In this document: positions 1 through 14,384 of the stretch, in pieces
How positions within the stretch are numbered: position 1 is the first letter of the stretch
Layout: every line of letters begins with the position of its first letter
Assembly: GCA_012295275.1 (NCBI GenBank)
Contig: CM022677.1
Span: 8,060,001-8,124,000, forward strand
From: Chrysomallon squamiferum
Taxonomy: Eukaryota > Animalia > Mollusca
DNA: 64,000 bases
Direction: 5' to 3'
Notes under the pieces: generated by a model
Databases searched by the model: none
The model's input: only the letters and a program-made list of their open reading frames with translations
What the model was told of the DNA's origin: nothing
Position numbers and translations under genes: made by a program

Positions 1-231
1 GTAATCTGCTCCATGGAAACTTCTTCTCCTTGTCCTTTATTGACTGAGGCTCTTCTACTTCTACCACTGATGACAAAACACCCACTCTAGTTCTTGGTTT
101 CAACCCTATTTTACAACACAAATCTAAAAGACTTGATAATCAAGTTCACTATCAAGTTAAACAGTAGTTAGATTAATTCATAGTTTACAGTTCTGTTTTT
201 GTCACAGTCTACTGAGTAACAAGAGGCTCAC

Positions 232-287
232 CTGGTCTTTGAGACTGAAATCTGGGTGAATTTCTAGAATCTTCCACATTATTTTAG
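232..287 (-). other. Putative small exon of an unidentified gene (one open frame: KIMWKILEIHPDFSLKDQ)
   Basis: Minus strand ttttcag|CTAAAA...GACCAG|gtgagc with canonical splice sites; no recognisable homology. Confidence 0.3.
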
Positions 288-1306
288 CTGAAAACCTAAA
301 AATCCAAAGATCCCTGTAAAATCAGGAAACAAAATTTATATAAATATTTTCACATGAGCAAGTCCTTGATTATCATCTTAAATTTTGTTGTTAATAACTA
401 CATATAAAGTTATAACAGAATACTGTTATGAACTAGCTCTATCTCTGTACTTAATAATGAAGTGTAATAATATAGTGTTATTAACTGTTTATACTTTGTA
501 ATTTCTATTATTTAATAAATAATACAGAACAATCTATTGGGACACTTCTGTTATATTTCAAATTTCTCATACTGGTAATAAAATAGTCTTTATTTAAATG
601 TTCAAACTAATTCAAATGGTAAAATTGTTCTAATTACATTACCCAGTAGTATTTGCTGACATAGATGGGAGTGTTGGCATCAGCATCACACAACAACAAC
701 ACCATTGTGAAATCTCTTAGACATGTTGAAATATATGTGGGCAATGAGAATTCTAAAATAGTAAATATTATTCAAAAAGAAACAGAAACATTAATATATA
801 GCTATATTTGTTTACTAATGGTTTAATGTGGAAGTGTGTGTGGATACTGAGAATTCTGCAATAGTAAATATTAGTTATTTTGTTCTTGATGTAAAATCAT
901 GTGATGGCAAGCTGACAACAGTACAGAGATCAGTATTTCTAAATTTTTAATAAAAATATTTTTATCTTTATTTTATTTTTTTATTTTTATCAAAATATAC
1001 AGAAACATTGAGTATGCATACATTTCCAGATTTCTAAATAACACATAATTTAAATGTTTTTTCTTGATACAATGCCAGGTACAGTCTATGGACACTGATA
1101 TTATAAAATACAGAATCATTAATTTAAACTATTACAAAGATTTAAACTTATGATGTTTAGCATGTTTAATTAATCATATAACATTGTTTAATAATGTAAA
1201 AAGTCTGAGATCAAAATAATGATTAAAATTACTATTATAATTTCATTTATTATTTATTTAATTTTTATTTAATTTTGATAATTAAACCAATATAACTTCA
1301 TATTAC

Positions 1307-1395
1307 CTTGTTGAATAAATTGCTATTACGGGTTAACCTCAATAGGGCCTCCTGCACTTTCTGATCACTGATCTCTAGAACACCACAAATCAATC
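1307..1395 (-). other. Putative 89-nt exon of an unidentified gene (LICGVLEISDQKVQEALLRLTRNSNLFNK)
   Basis: ctttctttcag|GATTG...AACAAG|gtaata; GC-richer island with an open frame; no recognisable homology. Confidence 0.35.
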
Positions 1396-1439
1396 CTGAA
1401 AGAAAGATTTAGAATAATAATAATAATAATAATAATAGT

Positions 1440-2210
1440 AACAATAATATTCTTTAATATAGGAAACACACTCTAAAAAAATAAGAATAACAGTTAATAC
1501 AAAGCGCTAAAGAATAATGAGAAGTACACGAATAAAATTAGAAACAATGCTGTTACGACAGCAAAGAAAGCGACTCTCATTGAAATACTAATAATATATT
1601 TTAATACAAGATGTGCACACTGAAAGTGAGACTAACAATTAACAGAAAGCACAACAGAGCAAATAGAAGTACACCTGTAACATCAAGCATAACGCAGATA
1701 TGAACAATGTCGTTACTACATTGTGAGACAGGATTAGTCCTGTCACAAATAAGACAAATAAAAACAAGAAATACACAAAAACATTAAGAATAACACTGGT
1801 ATGATGGCAACGTCAGCGACATTAATAGTAATATATTCCTCACAGAAATCGACAGTAACTATTAATAGAAAGCACAACAGAATACAACAATATGATCAAG
1901 AAGAACAGAGATACCACGGCAACGACGGCAACATTGATACAAATAAGAATAATCTATCTTATTACAGGATGTACACACAGAAAGTGAGAATAACTATTAA
2001 TAAAAAGAGAATAAAGAGAAGTACACCAGTAGAATGGAGAAGAATGCAGATATGAAGGTAACGATATTGGGTGCACACTAAGAAAGTAAAAATAATAGTT
2101 AATAAAAAGTGCAAAATAATAAAGAGGAATACAACGCAGATATGACGGTAATATGACTATTTGTAACATCACCGACATTAATGTTAATAATAATAATCTA
2201 TTTCAATAGA
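1440..2210. repeat. Degenerate AT-rich tandem subunits (about 120 bp), related to the adjacent 78-bp array and to the arms at 3.7-5.3 kb
   Basis: Recurrent motifs gatgtgcacactgaaagtgaga, aatagaaagcacaacag and acgacggcaacatt. Confidence 0.6.
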
Positions 2211-3067
2211 GGATGTGCACACTGAAAGTGAGACTAACTAACAATAGAAAGCACAACACAGTAAGTAGAACTACACATTAACTTGAGACAGGATGTGCAC
2301 ACTGAAAGTGAGACTAACTAACAATAGAAAGCACAACACAATAAGTAGAACTACATTAACTTGAGACAGGATGTGCACACTGAAAGTGAGACTAACTAAC
2401 AATAGAAAGCACAACACAATAAGTAGAACTACATTAACTTGAGACAGGATGTGCACACTGAAAGTGAGACTAACTAACAATAGAAAGCACAACACAATAA
2501 GTAGAACTACATTAACTTGAGACAGGATGTGCACACTGAAAGTGAGACTAACTAATAATAGAAAGCACAACACAATAAGTAGAACTACATTAACTTGAGA
2601 CAGGATGTGCACACTGAAAGTGAGACTAACTAACAATAGAAAGCACAACACAATAAGTAGAACTACATTAACTTGAGACAGGATGTGCACACTGAAAGTG
2701 AGACTAACTAACAATAGAAAGCACAACACAATAAGTAGAACTACATTAACTTGAGACAGGATGTGCACACTGAAAGTGAGACTAACTAATAATAGAAAGC
2801 ACAACACAATAAGTAGAACTACACCATTAACTTGAGACAGGATGTGCACACTGAAAGTGAGACTAACTAATAATAGAAAGCACAACACAATAAGTAGAAC
2901 TACACATTAACTTGAGACAGGATGCACACTGAAAGTGAGACTAACTAATAATAGAAAGCACAACACAATAAGTAGAACTACACATTAACTTGAGACAGGA
3001 TGCACACACTGAAAATGAGACTAAGTAATAATAGAAAGCACAACACAATAAGTAGAACTACACCATT
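2211..3067. repeat. Homogeneous 78-bp (78-81) tandem array, about 11 copies, running into a gap
   Basis: Unit ggatgtgcacactgaaagtgagactaactaacaatagaaagcacaacacaataagtagaactacattaacttgagaca; ORF 2271-2888 shows the matching 26-aa periodicity. Confidence 0.95.
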
Positions 3068-3267
3068 NNNNNNNNNNNNNNNNNNNNNNNNNNNNNNNNN
3101 NNNNNNNNNNNNNNNNNNNNNNNNNNNNNNNNNNNNNNNNNNNNNNNNNNNNNNNNNNNNNNNNNNNNNNNNNNNNNNNNNNNNNNNNNNNNNNNNNNNN
3201 NNNNNNNNNNNNNNNNNNNNNNNNNNNNNNNNNNNNNNNNNNNNNNNNNNNNNNNNNNNNNNNNNNN
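3068..3267. other. Assembly gap (200 N)
   Basis: Run of 200 n. Confidence 1.
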
Positions 3268-3699
3268 ACACAGTACTTGTCACATGTAGTTACAGTATCC
3301 AGTATTATGTAGACATCACGTATTATATATCTGTCACAACTCTGTATAGAAAACACTAACAGTGTCAAACACAAAGTTAGTCTAAATTTACAGCATGTTC
3401 TTGTCGTGGGGTTGTGAGAGAGATATATATATATCACAGATTTTATTACATCAATTAAAATTATTATTAAATGTTTTTATGTTGCCGAGGATGGCAAAAA
3501 ATATTATCATTCATATAGTAGGGTCAAATACGTGTTTTAGAATAGATAAATAAGATAGAGTATCATTCATATAGTAGAAAGGTCAATTGATAAATAATAA
3601 TGTTTTAAAGTAATGAGTGGGGAGTAACTGCTCGCAAGATAGAGTAAGATGACTGCTTCTTACTGGGAGCTTTCATTAGCATTGGTCATGCTGCCTGGA

Positions 3700-5304
3700 A
3701 TTCTCATTATTCTTTTGTATTTCATTCCCTGTTATTCTTATTTTCTGACTGTGCCCATCCTATATTAGAATATGTTAGTAATATTCCTGTTCATTTCGCC
3801 TTCGCTGAGATCGTAACAGCTTTGTTCCTAGCTTTATTGGGGTATTCCTTATCATTCTTTAGTGCTTTTAATTAATTATTCCTCATATTTTCTCAGCGAG
3901 CGCATCACATATTAAAATATATTATTGGAATTTCTATTAATGTCGCCGTCGTTGCCGTCCTAACGTTATTGGTGTTCTCCTCGTTATTCCTTTTACTTTT
4001 CATTCGCTGTTATTCTCATTTCCTGACCGTGAGCATCTGTAATAAAATATATTATTATTATCTCTATTAATAGTGCCGTCGTAAAGGGTTTGTTCCTAAT
4101 GTACTTCTCAATATTCTTTTACTCTTTTTATTAAGTATCATTATTACCTTATTAGTGTGCACATATAATTAATATATAATTAGTAACGGCACTATTATCA
4201 TAAGAAACATAATAAACTTTAAATAAACCTCAACCTAACCCTAACCCTAAACCTATAAGTAAACCTAACCCTAACGAAGTCTTTTAACTTAATTCTAATG
4301 CTAACACTAGTACTAATGCTGATCATAAAACTGTTTTGCAGATTATCGTAAGAAAGAAAATAAACTTTAAAAATAACCCTATGCCTAAGCCTAACTCAGA
4401 TTCTAGCCCTAACTCTAACTCGGACGCTAAAGAAGTGCCTATGCTTCATTTTTATGCGAAGACTATTTTGCACAGTAGCACTGATAATAAAATATAAATA
4501 ACTCTAACCCTAACCCTAACCTTAACACTAACAGCTAACTCTAAACCTAAACCCAATGAAGTCAGTAAATTTAATTCTAATGCTAACAGTAGTCCCAACC
4601 CTGATCATAAAATTGTTTTGTTGATAAGCATAATAAAATTTAAATAACCCTAACCCTAACCCTACCTGAACTTTACTCTTACCCAAGTGCAAAACGTTAA
4701 CTCTGATTCTAATATGATCGAAACACTATTTTGCACATGATAATAAATTTAAATAAACCTAATCCTAACGAAGGGACTAAACTTAATTCTTATGCTAACA
4801 CACTTTCTGACACTCATCCCAAAACTGTTTAGCACATTAAACTCATAATAATACTGAAACGACCCTAACCCTAACACTAGCCCAAACCTTAACCCTAAGC
4901 GAGACTGTACCCTAACTCAAAACATAACCCTAACGAAGTCGTTAAACTTAATTCTAATGCCAACACAAGGACTAACCCTATTATAACAATCGTAATACAA
5001 TCGTATTAATACAGAATGACAGTGAATAAAAAACGAAAAGGAATAATGAGGAGTTATGCAATAACGTTAGTAACAAGCCGTTACGACATCAACGACGGCG
5101 ACATTAATAGAAATTACAGTAATATATTTTAATAGGTGATGCGCCGACTCAGAAAGTATGAGGAATAATTAATACAAAGCGCTAAAGAAAAATGATAAAT
5201 ACTCCAAGAAAGCTAGGAACGATGCCGTTATGATGGCAATGATGGTGATATTAATAGAAATAGTTATAATGCCTTTGAACACTAAAAAAGTAAGAATAAC
5301 TGCG

Positions 5305-5310
<6 letters not shown>
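3700..5310. mobile_element. Foldback/MITE-like structure: long imperfect inverted arms flanking a degenerate (CCCTAA)n-rich core
   Basis: About 3780-4020 is the reverse complement of about 5010-5220 (e.g. tttctattaatgtcgccgtcgttg vs caacgacggcgacattaatagaaa); core 4210-4985 has repeated aaccct tracts. Confidence 0.55.
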
Positions 5311-5342
<32 letters not shown>

Positions 5343-5345
5343 TGT

Positions 5346-5389
<44 letters not shown>

Positions 5390-5399
5390 TTTGTTCTAA

Positions 5400-5742
5400 T
5401 ACATGGTAAAGTTTATACGAATGATAATACACCCCATTCTTTATGTTCTTTATTTGTACGCGATTATGCGGAATACATTAATAATTAGAGGATTAATTTT
5501 ACAGTATAATCACATTTGATACATAATAACATATTAACATCACCATTTCCTGTAATATCACCTTTTCTTTTAAAATCTCTAAATAAGAGAATATTAATCT
5601 CACAGCCCCTCTGAAGTTCTAGATATTATACGGACTTGTAATTATCACAGTAATAAGTAACAGAAAACCACACTGATATCTAGCAATCACACCTTTTCCT
5701 GTGTTTCTAAAACAATTTTTTATAAAAACCATATATATATAT

Positions 5743-5801
<59 letters not shown>

Positions 5802-7939
5802 TTTTTATTTTTATTTTTTTTGAGAAAAACAGAAGGGCTTTCAAATAAATGTTTTTTTAAATAGCGTTAAATTTTAGTATTATCCGAATTTCTATTAACG
5901 TCGTTGCCGTCTACCAGAGTCGTTCCTAACGTCATTGGTGTTCTCGTCATTGGAGGAATTTACGTGTTTATTTACTACCAGCTGTGCAGCTTATACGAAT
6001 AAATTACGTCCTATCTTATTAAAAGTAGCACTGTTTACATTGATATTTTATTAAGTTTACCTCTGTTTTGCTTCATAATAAATATTGATAATATGTATGT
6101 AATTGTCAGTATAATCTTGGATATAGTTAAAGGAATATTATCAGCTTTTCAAGAATAATCTGTATAATGTTAATAAAGTAAACGTCGTTATTCAATTTCA
6201 AATTACCTGTGAAAACTGTGTTCATGTTCACAACATAAATATTATACCTTGTCATCATTTGTTATCTACTTATGAACAAAACTGAATGGATTCTTATAAC
6301 GTAAAAGCTCAGTTTTCAGCATCATGCAGAACATTTTAGTGTAATCTGTTCTGTTGTTAATCAAATATCACATTAATCATTATCTGACTTTTTATTTTAT
6401 AGTGGCATTTTACAGCGCTCGACTTGTAAATTCAGAAATAAATAACTTAATGACTAGATATACACTCCACTGTGATAATATTTTTCGGTTAAACTGAGTT
6501 ACAATTTCATCTCAACAAACCTCCCCCCCCAAAAAAAACAAAAAAAACAAAACAAAAAACCAACATCAACACTAATACTGAACACGTGACAAGTTACACT
6601 TTACTTGTATCACAAAATTTGATTTTGCAAATCAAACGACATTAAAATTAAAATTCACAGAGATAAGCGAAGTTTTCTGTTTTGTAAAACACTACGTAAT
6701 TCACGTTTTATACATGATACTGAATGAAAATAACGTGATGTTTTATTATATTTTCCTATAATTTGCAACATAAAAAATACTGATAATTTTACTTACGGTT
6801 ACATTTTATTCTACTAGGAGAAATCTTATATAGTTTATTATACTTTGTAACTTACATCATAGACAACATGCCTGCCCTCCTCAACTAGTGTTTTATTAGA
6901 TATGAAGATATTTTCAGTTAGCTACACGAAATATATCATCTATTTCATCCTATTAAAGCATGAACTATGAAGTAAATATTTTTTTTTTCTTTAATTATCA
7001 ATAAAATTTTATATGAAGCTTTTTAAATATCAGTTTAAACTGGCGTCTTATCATCTACATATATAATGCTATGTCTGGTATAATATTATTATCCAACATC
7101 CACTATTTAAATTGTGGGTCATTATTAAAATTAAATTATATTATTTATTTATTTATTTAATAAACATAAACAGTGTAAATAGCAGTATTCTTTATACTAT
7201 AACATGTTGTTTTTGTCTGAACCTCAGTTTATTCGTATAAAACCGAAATCTTATTTGTTTATACACACGCTGTTGTATACGACAAGCAAGTCTCACATTT
7301 ATTAAAATATGCTTATTAAATATTAATTACCAGAAAGCTGTAATTAAAACACAGTGTGTGGTCTAATTCGCTATATTTCTCAGTTTCTAAATTATTTCCA
7401 GTACAATAAAAGCCAAGTTAAAATATTATATTCTTTATATTATTATTGTTATTTTTTTTTATGTTTATACAATAGCATTATATAAACATCACAGGTGTGA
7501 TTTTACTGCAAGAGCACTCTTCTGATATGATATCTGAAATCCAAAATATCAAGAACGCTTCCATACTAATGTGACATTTTATTAACACAACGTGTTTCAC
7601 TCGAAAGCTAAGAAGGAGAATTTGACAGACGCAACTTCAGTACCGTCATCGCTATCTATCTCACGTGTTTTATGTCGTAAATAATTAGCAATAATAGATC
7701 ATTTCATTTCGCATAATAAATAAATAAATAAGTGAATAAATAATAAGCTTAATTTTTCATTAACTGGTATAATAGTAAAATGAAAAGACGAGAATGCGCA
7801 AGATGAACCATATAATAAGACGCGTTCTGTAAATATAACATTAGCTTATTAACATTCGCTGCGTTTTCTTTGTCGTTTAAATATCCAGGTTCAACGATGC
7901 GAATGAAAAACATTATTATTATTTTTATTATTATTATTA

Positions 7940-7985
<46 letters not shown>

Positions 7986-8460
7986 GCGTATCTTTCATAA
8001 ATACTAGAATATTCATTTTGGATTTCACATATAATTCTACTGTTGTTTATATAAAAAAAAAAAAACGCTAAACACGGAACCCCAGTCTACATTTCTGAAT
8101 GTACACAGTTTTTCGCAGTAAAATCAGACCTTTAATGTTTATTATAATGCTATTGTATAAACATTAAAAAAGAAAATAATATTTAATCTTTATGCGTAGA
8201 GTTGACGCTTGGCTTTTATAATTAATAGACATTTTTATTATTAAGAGAATACGCTCAATGATCATTAAATGTTATATTACTTATGTTTATTTACTGTAAT
8301 GCAAAATATGATGAGTTTTTAGTAAAATCTTACCAATTCACGGCAATTCACATTTTGTTTTTTTAATTTCTACTTTCTTTCTTTCTTTCTTTATTTAATT
8401 ATTATATTTATTTTTATGTTGTTTCCGAAGCTAAACAAAAAATAAGAAAGTTAGTACTTC
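5400..8460. repeat. About 3-kb AT-rich dispersed repeat block; inverted or partial copies at about 22.4-24.8, 29.1-30.0 and 54.8-57.9 kb
   Basis: e.g. ggacttgtaattatcacagtaataagtaacagaaaaccacactgat (5.63 kb) matches the reverse complement at 57.6 kb; cattttggatttcacatataattctac recurs at 8.0, 22.9, 55.0 and 56.0 kb. Confidence 0.75.
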
Positions 8461-11400
8461 AAACTGGTGACCATTTTTACTGCGCCTGCAATGAATTACT
8501 TTAATAATGGTGGGGTATCAGACAAGCGCATTTTTGTAAAAATGGCAGAAATTACTGGAACAATAGTAAGTTTAAAAATATGAAAACATTCATAACTGTA
8601 GGTAAGTTAATTTTGCCATTAATTACAATTAACTAAATGTTGTACTTTGCTAATAATCATACTTTTTATTTTTTGTTCATAGGAATTCCTAAAATATAGT
8701 ATATTTAAATCTTTATAAATCAGAAAGATTGTTTGGCATATTATTTTATTATATCTTTTCCCTTTTCATTATTAACATTATTATTATTATTATTATTTTT
8801 TTTTTTTAATATTACAAGATGGACAGCAGTTTTTAATTTGGAAATATTCTCTAAATTTCAAGAAATTGGTTATTTTGTATTTTGTTATTTTGCTTTCAAT
8901 TTTTCAGAACAATAGTTTCAGTAATTACGTAGTTAAGAAAAAAATGACAAGTGACTAATCTGTATCCTAAAATGTCAGTTCGACATCCTAAATATTTTTA
9001 TAGTGTAATCTGGTTTTGGACTAAGTGGTGTGCAAACATGTCAAGCTGTATTTATTTACTTCAAATGGACATGGTATAACTAATTAATATAAGTATGCAG
9101 AAATGAAAAACAGTTTCAGAGCTGCAACATGGAGAAATGACTGATGAAAGCTTCTGGAAATGCAGATTTAACACTGCACAGGCTCTGTCATGAGTTCTAT
9201 TTTTTAAAATTAAAATCCAACATATTTTTTTTTAAGCTGAACGATGATAGTATAAAATATAATAAAATAAAATTAATAATTACTGGTTAATTGAAATAAG
9301 TCAGTAATATATCAAAAAGGATTTGTGCCATGCAGTTCATATTTTTATAATATATTTCAAAGAAGATGGAGAAAATGCTTTTAATTTATTTATATTTTAA
9401 TTTTAGAATTATTTGTTGTAATTTCTTTATAACCAGTTATACTTACATTAAGAAATATTTTTCTTTTGCTAGTTATTTTATGGATTGAAGACAATCATTT
9501 GAAAGCTGTCAACAAAAAAGAATGCATGTATGTAGAGAAGGCACAAAATGAAATGTGGAAACAAAAGGACATTATCAAAACTTCATTGATACATTTCTGT
9601 ATGGTCTCTATATGGGAAAAATTATATATTTGTTAGTAATTTTATAATATTAGTTACATTAGTTATGATGTAGCAGCTTTACTTCTTGTTTACTGTTCAT
9701 TTGAGACCTCAGAATCCCACTTAAATTTCCTTAGATGAATATGTGGAGTCATGTTTTTAATTCTATTCATGGTTTTTATTCTCTGGAAATCCTAAAAATA
9801 TTTTTCCTGTCTTGTCCTTTTTATTTTTTTATTTGATTTTATTTTTTGACATGATGCATTCAGTTTATCCTACATAAAGTTATATTTTTTCACCAATCCA
9901 CTAGTCACAAGAATATATTTTGCTTAATTTTACTACAGTATAATAATAATTATTGATCTAATGGAAGACTGTCAGTTAATCTACAGCAGACAAGTTACTA
10001 AAAGTTAATTTGTAAATCTGTGCAAGTTGTCTTTTAAACAGTTAGTGTTGTTTTTACAACCATTGTTTGTTTTATTCAAGTACAAACATTCAGTTCATAT
10101 TAATCAAAGGTCATGGTTTTTGCTGTTCTGATTACTGTAAAATGTCCTAGCAGACCAGTTACAACTGTTAATATCAAACAAGCAAACACATGCACATACA
10201 TGTCCAAAAAGAATACTAAAAAAAAGTCTTTAAAGAGAAAAATACTTTTATCAAAATAATTTTAAAAATTAAGAATATTAAATATAGTTTTTGACATAAA
10301 CTGCTTTTATCTTAATTTAATTACCATACCTGAAAAATACTATTTAAAGAGTATAGAGCTTTTTAACTGGATAATATTTTAGTTATTTATTTTTATTGGA
10401 CTGCAGTGTTTGTCTTGTATATAAAACAAACATATAGTAAGTACAGGGAACCTCTGGGAAATAATTAATAATAACAATCCACAATTTACAGAAACACAAA
10501 CACAGAATTAATATGAATTAAAGTAGTTTTAAAATAATGGACTTCATAGGAATTAACATTTGTTAATTACTGTATTAAAAGTTCACATACTTGTTATAAA
10601 TGTTGTTTTAATCACAAACCTTTTAACATTTTATTTATTTTTAGTTATAGTTTTAAAACTGATAATTTTTTAAATTCAAATTAAAATTAAAAATATTAAT
10701 AAAAAATGCTTAAAATTTGTGTAAAATATGGTAAACATTAGTACAAAAATACTTTTTCAGTTTTAACATTTAATTCAAAAATGAATGGATATTATTTTTT
10801 TGTTGTTTTTAAATTTCAGAAAATAAAATTATATCTTTCAGTTTTTACTTTTTATCACGTAACTGTTCTTTTGTGTATGCTCACACTGTTTTTTATCTGG
10901 AACTGTGTCAGAATGCAGACTCATCTAAGGGTTCCTTGTCCTGGATGATAGCCAGTGGCTGGTCAGTCATTTGACATTTAGCTTAGGCTAATATTTTTTA
11001 AGACAGAATGATTTTTATTTAATCCCCACATTATTTTTATCTAACTGACCTAAATCTTTAGGAATATTTTTATTATAAAGATCCAGAGATTTTTTTCAGT
11101 TATTGTATTTGCTGATAAATGGTCCCAGTTTTAACCTGTATTATACATTGAATTACAACAGGTTGTGTTTATTATTGGTTAACTGTTTGCTATTAGATGA
11201 TGGAAGCCTTTTTCAGTGGACGGGATGTTAAGTTGATTTTATGTAATTGTAAAAATGAACTTTTCATGAGATTTAAACTTGGTAATAGACACAGATGGGA
11301 CAAACAATTTCAGAAGTTTATAAAAGTTTATATTGGTTAACAGCCAATTTGTCATGTGTGCCTCAAACAGATATATTATAAACATAGATAAAATAATTTA

Positions 11401-12399
11401 TGTCCAGTTTCAATCTATTTATCTTATTCAGTTGAACCATGTAGGACCATCGTTTACATAGTTCATGTTGTATGTGGGATTTTATTCACATCAATCTGCC
11501 ATACAAACAACATTCCGTGTCCTGAGAGATTTGTAGAATAATTCAGATATCTTCATGTTTGTAATACAGATTTGAAGAATATTTGTTTAATCATAAAGAT
11601 TATAATATCCCCTTGATAAATGAAATGTTTGATATGAGAGACACTTTATGGTTTCAGAATTTCTATCACCAAACATCAGGAATAACCAGCTTAATCACTG
11701 CAAAACATTGGTCATACATAGGAATAACCAATTCAGTGGTGGATCCAGAAATAAAAAAGTGGGGGAGGGGGATGGCTGGACTGCAATGGAATAAACCTAC
11801 TGGGAGTCCGACTGTTGAGTCCCAAAGATGTTGAACAATGCACATATTTTGCCAAGTTGTGATTTAAAGTAAAAATTGTAAAATCTTCTGTGTATAATAA
11901 ATGCTGATAATGTTAGATCAGTTAGATTGTCACAAATACTTTGGGTGATGTATATGCACCAGTAATTAAAATATAACCAATTTCAGTCAGGGAGAAAATT
12001 ATCTCAATACATTGTTTTGTGTTGTACACTGGCAACACTGTTATGGTTAAGATGACATTATTAAATATGTCACAGATACAAATAAATTACAGAAAACATA
12101 GACCTAAAAAAATGGATTGCTTATGAATTATATTGTAATAGTACTTACAGTATATGGTTATTTGAATATAAATGAAGCAAAAGTTGAAGTTCATTTAAGA
12201 AGTGACTTTTGAAAAGTGGTCCTTGGAAAACCTGCTTCAGTGTGGGACTTTATGAAGCAAAGAGGAGACTGTTTCAGAAGTCTTCTTCAGGGTATTACAG
12301 GTTTCACTAGGTTTTCTTTAGGTTTTGTCAGACCTTGTTCACCTGTTCTAATAGCTATTTTAATCACTGACAGACATTGCCAAATATGATTACCTTTTT

Positions 12400-12955
12400 A
12401 GTTGTTATCACACATTTGCCACATGTCACCCATTATTATAGTGGTAAGCATTAGTGATACCTAAATCAGTCTACATGTCTGCTGTTGTTATAGTGGTAAA
12501 ACACCAGGAATACCCACACTTATTGTTGTCATACATCCACTACAGGACTGCTGTTGTAGACATTAACACTTGGGAAACCTATATTTATTGTTTTCAGACA
12601 TCGACTACTTGTCTGCTGTTTGTGTAGTGGTAAAACACTAGTGATACACATATTTATTGTTGTCAGACATCAACTATGTGTGTGATGTTGTTAAAACACT
12701 AGGGATAACCATATTTATTGGTTTCAGACTTACACTACGTTTATTGTTGTTGTCAGACATACACCACATGTATGTTGTTGTTGTAGTGGTAAAGCAGTAG
12801 CCATACTATATTTATTTTTGTCAGACATACTCTACATGTCTGCTGTTGTAGCATACACTAGCATAACCCATATTTATTGTTGTTGTGAGACATCAACTAC
12901 ATATCTTACATCTTCTGTTGTTGTTGTAGTAGTAAAACATGGGATACCAGTATCT
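12400..12955. repeat. Degenerate minisatellite, about 65-bp unit, about 8 copies
   Basis: Recurrent tagtggtaaaacactag..gatacccatatttattgttgtcagacat..actac..gtctgctgttgt. Confidence 0.75.
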
Positions 12956-12974
12956 TTTTTTTGTCAAAATTCCC

Positions 12975-13595
12975 AAGTTGGGGTCCTTTATGTTTCTTTA
13001 GACTACACCGTTTTCAAGAAATAATCTGTCCCATTTTCGGATTAGTGTTAACAACCCAGATTCTTCTAATTTCCTCTCAGCTCTGAACTGTTTTCTGCCT
13101 CTAGCCATGTCTCAGCAGTCTTTTTATTAACTTGTCTTTTGCCTGCATCACTGCTAGATGTTCTAAAGAGTAGCTGGGAAATGAGGTTATGGCTTCCATA
13201 GTCTCATTAAACTGTTCAGCTGTGACTGTTGCCTGTGTGACTTTTCTTCCACCGCTGTTTAGAACATGACTCTTTGTGTACGGAACTTATGTACTACTAG
13301 CAGTATCTCTCAAAGCAGCTTCCACTGAAGTAGATGTCATTCCATGAAATTTCTTCCTGAATAGACCATCGGTATTCTTATTGAGCTGTGCTGATTGATA
13401 TTTCATATCAATTATCTGTTCACATTCAAACATTTCACAGTCACCTACCTTTCATAGTGTGTGGCCAATAATGACAATTTACATTTAAACACAAAGTGAA
13501 GCAACACAACAAAATAGCAACACAGTCACAGAATCAATCTGTTAATTATCCTGATGATGTCAATGTTTATCCACCACACAGTTTATGTCATAATA

Positions 13596-13666
<71 letters not shown>

Positions 13667-14384
13667 AGGTGTTGTTAATGTTCTTTGATCTTTCGTTCCT
13701 TTGCAATTTCAGAACTCTGGGAACATCTCACTTCTCAGTGGTAATAACTGCATTAGTAATGGTTCTGTCATAATTAAGTTCATTAATGTATTTTCTGTGG
13801 TAAGTATCCCTTTCTTTCATTTTCCGTCAATCATATTCAGTTCGTCTTCATCTGCATTTTTCTGGAAAGTCCAGCTGCCTCACACTTTAATTGTTTCTTC
13901 ATTGTTCTCATTTCAGATTTATCAACTGCCTGTTTTAAATTTAACAATTGTCTGTAAACTTAAACAACTGATAATCCTGTAGGTGATGCCATTTGTGGCC
14001 AGGTGCATACAACACCCTCACACAAAAACTACACAAGTTCCACTTCAATTACACCTTTATTTCCTCTACCTATTTATACTTCAATGACATACAATAACAA
14101 TATAATGTTATAAAAGTATAGTAATCATAATGCAGAGAATTGTCTCAAACATCTTTGTCCCTTGCCTGATATTCTCTCTACTCTCTGCAACTGTCTTTCA
14201 CCTCAGACACATGCTGTTGTTGTCTTGTTTTCTTTTTGAATTATTTATATAAACTTAATTAATTTTAAGGTCTCACTGTCAAGAAGTCAGGGGAGAAAAT
14301 TGAATCGTCTTGTAATTGTCTCCCTTCAGTGGCAGACAGCTTCCTGATTAAACTGACAGCACCTGGAGGACATCTTGGTGAACA
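12975..14384 (-). mobile_element. Decayed, internally deleted Ty3/Gypsy LTR retrotransposon: 5' LTR about 13994-14384, PBS 13974-13991, pol remnant about 12980-13412
   Basis: Minus strand TGT...AATAAA...CA, 2 nt, then TGGCATCACCTACAGGAT (15/18 match to the tRNA-Ser(CGA)-type PBS TGGCGTCACGAACAGGAT); pol-like peptides IDMKYQSAQLNKNTDGLFR (cf. RNase H end NADGLSR), MQAKDKLI and LIRKWDRLFLENGVV*R. Confidence 0.7.

Noticed and set aside
2271-2888. 205-aa hydrophobic repeat ORF
   Set aside because: Translation of the 78-bp satellite (unit length divisible by 3); no start context or splice evidence
4210-4985. True telomere or chromosome-fusion site
   Set aside because: Tracts are short, degenerate, single-orientation and embedded in a structured repeat
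9470-9600. Possible exon ILWIEDNHLKAVNKKEC... resembling the N-terminus of BEN-type proteins
   Set aside because: Resemblance too weak and no phase-consistent link to other exons could be shown
11735-11780. CAGTGGTGGATCCAG...GGGGG hAT/MITE-like terminus
   Set aside because: No matching opposite end or TSD found nearby
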